From Octopus bimaculoides (lineage: Eukaryota): a stretch of 39,860 nucleotides of DNA. The position numbers were made by a program, and so were the translations under genes. Location of the stretch: positions 115,930,355 through 115,970,214 of the forward strand of contig NC_068982.1 in the NCBI RefSeq assembly GCF_001194135.2, read 5' to 3'. Under the pieces are notes generated by a model. It was not told the DNA's origin. It made no database searches and saw only the letters and a program-made list of their open reading frames with translations. Positions 33,796-39,860 of this stretch are shown piece by piece (position 1 is the first letter of the stretch; the number at the start of each line of letters is the position of its first letter).

Positions 33796-34244
33796 CGCTA
33801 AATTACAGGACTTAAGAGAATATTTCTTCTCTTTCTTTTATGAGCCTCTCGTAGAGTACCACCTCGAAGGATTTAATTAATCACACTGATCCCAGCATTT
33901 GGTTCAGTCTGAGAAACATGCGTACATATATTTTTTAGACGTTTCTGTGTGAGTAAAAACACATAGAACCGAGTTTCGAGTGACATTTACAAACTACATG
34001 ACACAATGTTTCTGTATGATTTCACCACCTCAGTGGCAGACACGGCTTTAGCTACTTAGAGCTAAGCAGGATCTGCTGTTCCCATACATAGAAACCAGCA
34101 AGGAATACATTTGTTGCTGTGTGCTGAAGTTTGCCAAGCTGGAATTTATTTAGCATAGATACACAAAACAAGCTGTTCATCGACCCGCTAAATTACAGGA
34201 CTTAAGAGAATATTTCTTCTCTTTCTTTTACGAGCCTCTCGTAG
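33796..34244. repeat. 59-bp direct repeat (33796-33854 and 34186-34244)
   Basis: cgctaaattacaggacttaagagaatatttcttctctttcttttaYgagcctctcgtag, 58/59 identical, with a 390-bp offset. Confidence 0.95.
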
Positions 34245-34629
34245 CATCTGAGTTCGTGTTTAATGCTTTTGTGCTCCGATCATAGTGGCAGTTTTGGCTA
34301 TACCCTGGGTGCAGTTCAATCGCCTATAAATATTTCTTACAAATTGTCATTGTGCATTAATGAATACTCTAGTGTACCGATGATTAATTTATTCGTAGCA
34401 TTGTTTTGTTTTATTGGTTTCAGTCATTGGACAGTGCTCGTGCTAGGGATCTCCCTTTGAACGTTTTATTTTTTAGTTAATCATATAAACCATAATACAA
34501 GTACTTAGTCTAGGATTTGATTTATGGAACTTTTTTTTATTAAACGGTTAAGTTTACCTCTTGGTGAAGTGATATTTTATTTTCCAAGGCTAAAAATAAA
34601 ATTCCATCTCAGGGTAGTGACATTTGTAA

Positions 34630-34960
34630 TATACAAAGACTAATCAATGTTGAGATGTACGCCAACATGGAGTGGTAGGAGGAATTTCAACCATGTTTCA
34701 TGGTCTGCTACCACAACAGCTCTTTTATAGGATCCAGTTAGCTCAAGACATCATCAGGAGGAACCACGTCCGGTTTTGGCCCCTACTCCTCTCCCGTGGC
34801 CAGCTCCCAGTATCCCTTCCATCTTTCGTCTATTTCGTATATTTTATTTGGATGCCTGGTCTTATGTCCTCCCCCCCCTTCTGGGAGTATATTTTCCTGC
34901 GTTTTTCCACTTTTGGGTACTCTCCCCTATTGTATCCCTCGATACTCCTAGGGGAGTGGA
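34630..34960 (-). mobile_element. Decayed RTE-type LINE 3' fragment
   Basis: Frameshifted minus-strand peptides KMEGILGAGHGRG / RGQNRTW / ELTGSYKRAVVVADHETW resemble the RTE C-terminal EGKxEGKRGRGRPxRTWxDDVKExTG...ARDRExW. Confidence 0.45.
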
Positions 34961-35199
34961 CCCGAAAGTTGTTCGCAAACAGCAGCAGTAATTTTCTTCA
35001 GCTGAATACACGTCATTAATTGGTTAGAATTACCCAAATACGACAACTTTAACACGAAATAACTTCTAAAATACAAAATTTTGTCAAAAACGTTAAGAGT
35101 AAACCCTGTTCTATGTGACACATTCTACCAGTATCCGAAGTTTCAAAATGTTTAGTTTAAAAAAATTAATTAAAAAAATCTAGCCATCAAATTGAAAAG

Positions 35200-35340
35200 A
35201 TCCCAGCAATTTCGTGCCAGGGAGTAAATCGATTACATTGCCTCCAATGCTCAACTGATACTTACCTAATCGACCCCAAAAAGATGAAAGGCAAAGTCGA
35301 CGTCCGCGGCATTTGAACTCAAAACATAAAGACGGCAGAA
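35200..35340 (-). mobile_element. SINE fragment (same family as 17700-17850)
   Basis: tcgattacattgcctccaatgctcaactgatacttacctaatcgaccccaaaaagatgaaaggcaaagtcgac...gcatttgaactcaaaac (B-box region reversed). Confidence 0.7.
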
Positions 35341-36150
35341 CTGATGATAGTCATTGACCGCACCAGCCAGTTAGCTGACACACTGTGAACTCAGTCACTT
35401 GCCCAATCACATCAGTATTGCATTATAATCGTTCTAATCACTTTTGATATGGAAATCATAGGTAGGGAACCACGCTGATTTAGGACTAGTTGATCTGAGA
35501 GGTAATGTGTCTTTGACATGAAAGCAGCGTGGTACACGGACCTTTGACCATTCCGCCGGCCGCTTGACCGACCCACTGTGAACCCGATCAGTTGCCGCAT
35601 CCATCAGTAGTAGTATGTCAGAATTGTTTTAATCTATTTTAACGTCTTTAATCGTAATAATAACCAAATAAATCAAATAAATCATTCAACAAACAACGCC
35701 CAGAGGTCAGACTGGAGGAAACCTCTATATTTACCACTATCCCACTAATGGTTATTCAATCATGCCCTTTATACTTCTAGTTTGCATAATACATTCCCTG
35801 CCATTATCTGGTCTACTATTGGAATAAGCCACAAAGATACTAATACACTTCATGCAATTAGAAGCAACTCTCCCTCTCTCTTTCTCTCTCATTCTCCATA
35901 ATATGCAAGCATTATTGATCTTCTAAACAAACATGTCTCTCATTCTTTTTTTCCTTCTCTCTTATCCTTCTATCTTTCTCCCCCCCCCCTCTCTCTTTCC
36001 CCTCTTTCTCTCTTTCTTTATACAACGTCAAAAGACACACACATTAGCATGCCTCAGTTTCCATTTATTCTTATTGTTTGATAATCTCTCGCTCTCTCCC
36101 TCGCCTTTTCTCTCTTTCCATCGCTGTCTCATTGAGTGTCCATGCGTGCG

Positions 36151-36195
<45 letters not shown>

Positions 36196-36439
36196 TGTGT
36201 GCGTGCGCGCTCGTGTGTACATACACACACATAAATATCTCAAAATAACTTAGACGCTAGATAGAATACATTACATACGCCTTATTAGACAGACACAGTA
36301 ATAACAGACATAACACATTTTAACCTTTTGTGTTCCTTATTCTCTGTGTAAATACTATTTGTCAGTTAAAAGCCAGCAGTAAAACATACAAATACTCTCT
36401 GTCTCACCACCTACCGATTGAAACAAGGATACTCTACTT

Positions 36440-36545
36440 TCATTGGTCCCAATACTGTCGACCCAAATCCTGACAGGTCTCTTCTGGCGAAAGCACATCC
36501 TTACCATAACTAGGACTGCATTCCTACGACTGGCCCTTTTAAATA
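36440..36545 (+). mobile_element. Short CR1/L2 LINE fragment
   Basis: ctggcgaaagcacatc is shared with 23842-23857 and encodes WRKHILTITRTAFLRLALL. Confidence 0.55.
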
Positions 36546-36642
36546 ACTCCCATCACCACCATCACCACCACCACCACCACCACCAACGTCTGAACTAGCT
36601 GTACACAACGTATTATTGTTCAACTAGGACAGTGCTATTGTT

Positions 36643-36694
<52 letters not shown>

Positions 36695-36751
36695 CCTAGA
36701 CCGCAGAAAAGGGTAACTTGTCTGATGGCATAAAGTCACCCACAGACACGC

Positions 36752-37147
36752 NNNNNNNNNNNNNNNNNNNNNNNNNNNNNNNNNNNNNNNNNNNNNNNNN
36801 NNNNNNNNNNNNNNNNNNNNNNNNNNNNNNNNNNNNNNNNNNNNNNNNNNNNNNNNNNNNNNNNNNNNNNNNNNNNNNNNNNNNNNNNNNNNNNNNNNNN
36901 NNNNNNNNNNNNNNNNNNNNNNNNNNNNNNNNNNNNNNNNNNNNNNNNNNNNNNNNNNNNNNNNNNNNNNNNNNNNNNNNNNNNNNNNNNNNNNNNNNNN
37001 NNNNNNNNNNNNNNNNNNNNNNNNNNNNNNNNNNNNNNNNNNNNNNNNNNNNNNNNNNNNNNNNNNNNNNNNNNNNNNNNNNNNNNNNNNNNNNNNNNNN
37101 NNNNNNNNNNNNNNNNNNNNNNNNNNNNNNNNNNNNNNNNNNNNNNN
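36752..37147. other. Assembly gap (N-run)
   Basis: Run of N. Confidence 1.
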
Positions 37148-37253
37148 TTTGTGTGCATAATAAATTGGATGTCTTCATAAATATACTTCCAGGTAATTAT
37201 ACCGTTTCTCTTCTCTATTCGCGGTGACACAGTGGCATTAGGTGTGATTATCA

Positions 37254-37574
37254 CAGTGCTTCTCAACCTTTTTTCTCTTGCGTAACCCTTAAAATAAATT
37301 ACACGTCTTAAGGAACCACTGCACACAAAAAAAAAAATTATATACCATATCTTTCTCATAATTTTTTTACGTCGTTCACGTGGTAAATACCATATGTGTG
37401 CGTGTGTGTGTGTGTGTGTGCACATATAATGTTATATATGCACGTATAATGTGCATGTATGGTAATATTATGATCATGAAATTAGCATTAGCTTATCTCA
37501 CTCTTTCTCGCGGAACCCCAAGTAACATTTTGCGGAACCCTAGGGTTCTGGGGAACCCCGATTGAGAAACGCTG
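37254..37574. mobile_element. hAT Charlie/Buster-type MITE (321 bp) with perfect 8-bp TSD
   Basis: Left end cagtgcttctcaacc, right end gattgagaaacgctg. TSD gattatca at 37246-37253 and 37575-37582 (TA at positions 4-5). Repeated ggaaccc subterminal motifs. Confidence 0.9.
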
Positions 37575-38229
37575 GATTATCACCTTGCGAGAAGTAGAAT
37601 CGAGCTTCATCGCAGCTTGTGTTGCTGTTGACTACGCACGATTCATTGATCGCCGGTAGGAAAGCACTGTTTCTGTTCCTTAGTTGATTTAGCGATAGAG
37701 TTCTCCTTTACCAACAGTCTGAAGGTGATTGGCGTTTGTGAGTAGGCTGCATGGTTATCAGAATCTCTTGGCAACGTTTCACGATCCTATTATCACCCAC
37801 AATAGATATGTTACCGGAAATACACTAGTGTATATATATATATATATACTGTAGGTATACTCTTTTACTTGTTTCAGTCTTTTGACTGTGGCCACGTAAA
37901 TATAAAAGATAAAACTTACTTGGAAATGGATGCGTGACGTTCAATCATATGATAATATAAATAATATATAAATATATATGCATACATACACATATATATA
38001 TATACATACATATATTTGTATATACATGCATGTATGGGCACAGGACACCACAGAACGTAAACAACATAAAATAAGCATAAAATATGAAAACAACATGAAA
38101 TACGAAATACGACATGGAATACGAACTTGTTTTTGCGAACAACGAAAGAAACAAACAGAAAACAAGACAAGCAGCACAGAAAAAACGACCCTTCATCAGT
38201 TGTTGGCTGTTTTTCTACTTCGTATTTCG

Positions 38230-39330
38230 AGCATTTCACAACAAGATACGTTTTCGGAAGAGGAGGTAGAAGGGGGAACGCAGAACGGTTTTTGGAAGAG
38301 GAGGCAGAAGGGGGAGCGCAGAGAGGTTGGTGTCGGCTTTGCAGTTCGATCTGATATCCTTAAGAAGTTGGAGAAGCTTCTTGTTCCTATAAATAAACGT
38401 CTAATGACTCTACGATTGCACCTGAAAGGTGGGCGGTTTGATACTCTAATAAGTGCCTATGCAGCTACTTTGACTAGTTGTGATGAAGATAAAACTATTT
38501 TTTATACCCAGCTGAGAGCCATACTTAGGAAAATCCCCAATTTTGATATAGTCATTCTACTGGGGGATTTCAATGTCAGGGCTGGAACAGACTGGTAAAC
38601 ATGGAACACTCTAGGGCGTTTTGGGAAAATGAATAGCAATGGTCTCATGCTGCTGGAGCTTTGCGATGAATATGGATTTTACATCGCAAGCACTCATTTT
38701 ATGCACTAAGGTGAAAAGTGATCACACAACGTGGATGCATCCAAGGTCTAAAGTTTGGCACTTGCTGGATTATGTCATCATCCGCAAGCGTGACATCTAT
38801 GACATTTTTAATGTCAAGTTCGTTCATGGATCGGAATGCTGAACAGACCACAGTCTGGTGCGAGCAAAGTTCCCGATGATGATTAGAGTGAAAGAGAGAA
38901 GAGGGCCAGTCAGCATTCCTCGGCATCTGAATGTCCACAGGATATATGATGCTGTGTCGAGGAAAGAGCTTCAGACTTGCTTGTCCAGCATTGAAAATAT
39001 TGCAGCATGGGAAGATTTTCGAGATCAGGTTCTTCAATGTGCTGTTGAAACATTGGTATATGCTACTGCCAGACACAGAGACTGGTTTGATGAAAATGAT
39101 GCTGAAGTTCAGCGACTATTGGCTGTAAAGCGCTATGCCCACAATGTATTGCTCCACAGAGGACTTTCAGCTGTGCAGCGAAATCTAGCACTTGCCCACT
39201 ATAGCAGTGTAAAGTCACTACTGCAGCGATCTCTCAGGAAGATGCCGAACACTTAGTGGGAGGATCTTGCTCGTAATGTTCAGGCTGCTATTGATGCAAA
39301 TGACAGCAAGAAGCATGTTGGAAATCTATG
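38230..39330 (+). pseudogene. RTE (BovB-like) LINE pseudogene: AP-endonuclease domain and linker; RT absent
   Basis: GVGFAVRS, RLMTLRL, ISAYAAT, ILLGDFNVR (GDFN at 38563-38574), GKMNSNGLMLLELC, TWMHPRSKVWHLLDYVI, TDHSLV and DWFDEND. Stops at 38596, 38708, 38840 and 39254, plus one frameshift. Confidence 0.92.
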
Positions 39331-39547
39331 TGGCCGTACGCACCCAGTGAGAGCGGTTTATTTCGAATGGATATAATGTTTGCATTGATCGATTAAATGG
39401 AGCCGCTTGAAACGGCCGTAATGCACTGATACTCGGACAGCCTTGTTACTTACTTGCATTTTATTCACTTAACTTCGAGCTGTGCGGACAATACCGGACT
39501 GACTTGGTGCCTCAACTTAATTACCTGATTCAACTGAATCTTAATTA

Positions 39548-39586
<39 letters not shown>

Positions 39587-39860
39587 TATACTCGCAAAAA
39601 TCCCTCAGTTAATTCGGTTTGAGGATATATACATACAAATCCTTGGATGTATACTTGCATATACAATAAATACGTTACGTTTTATGCAAACAAAGTATAT
39701 GAATTAAAATGAAATGAAATGAAAAATAAAATAAAATATTTGAAATTGGAGATGAAATTACTGAAAAATACACGGATGTAAAACAAATAAACGCAAATCC
39801 TCTCGTTTGTTTTTTTCTGCTCATCATGAATGACTTCCACTGTACGTGCGCACGAACACA

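Noticed and set aside
37600-37810. Minus-strand peptide DNRIVKRCQEILITMQPTHKRQSPSDCW*RRTL, reminiscent of an RTE C-terminus
   Set aside because: A single short, weak match that is not enough to annotate.

Overview
Eukaryotic, AT-rich, repeat-dense draft-assembly DNA with five N-gaps. The tRNA-derived SINEs and TA/CA microsatellite density suggest an octopus (coleoid cephalopod) genome; this is inferred from recalled repeat families, not a database search. One clear host gene is present: a minus-strand glycogen-targeting PP1 subunit (PPP1R3B/C-like; RVSF motif plus CBM21) whose CDS is one exon at 9771-10712. A splice acceptor lies 4 nt before its ATG, a 105-nt upstream exon is predicted at 14658-14762, and a long 3' UTR probably ends near 7640. 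Most of the rest is transposon debris: several SINE families, hAT and piggyBac-type MITEs with TSDs, a mariner pseudogene with TIRs, a Tigger/pogo remnant, CR1/L2 and RTE LINE fragments, and a SAP-domain ORF that runs into a gap. There is no rRNA, bona fide tRNA or CRISPR array. The most interesting signals are around the PPP1R3 gene: an in-frame 3-codon uORF in the predicted exon, inverted SINEs bracketing that exon, a nuclear-receptor half-site cluster, and a GL-like C-terminal tail. The SAP-domain element is also notable. All regulatory interpretations are hypotheses.
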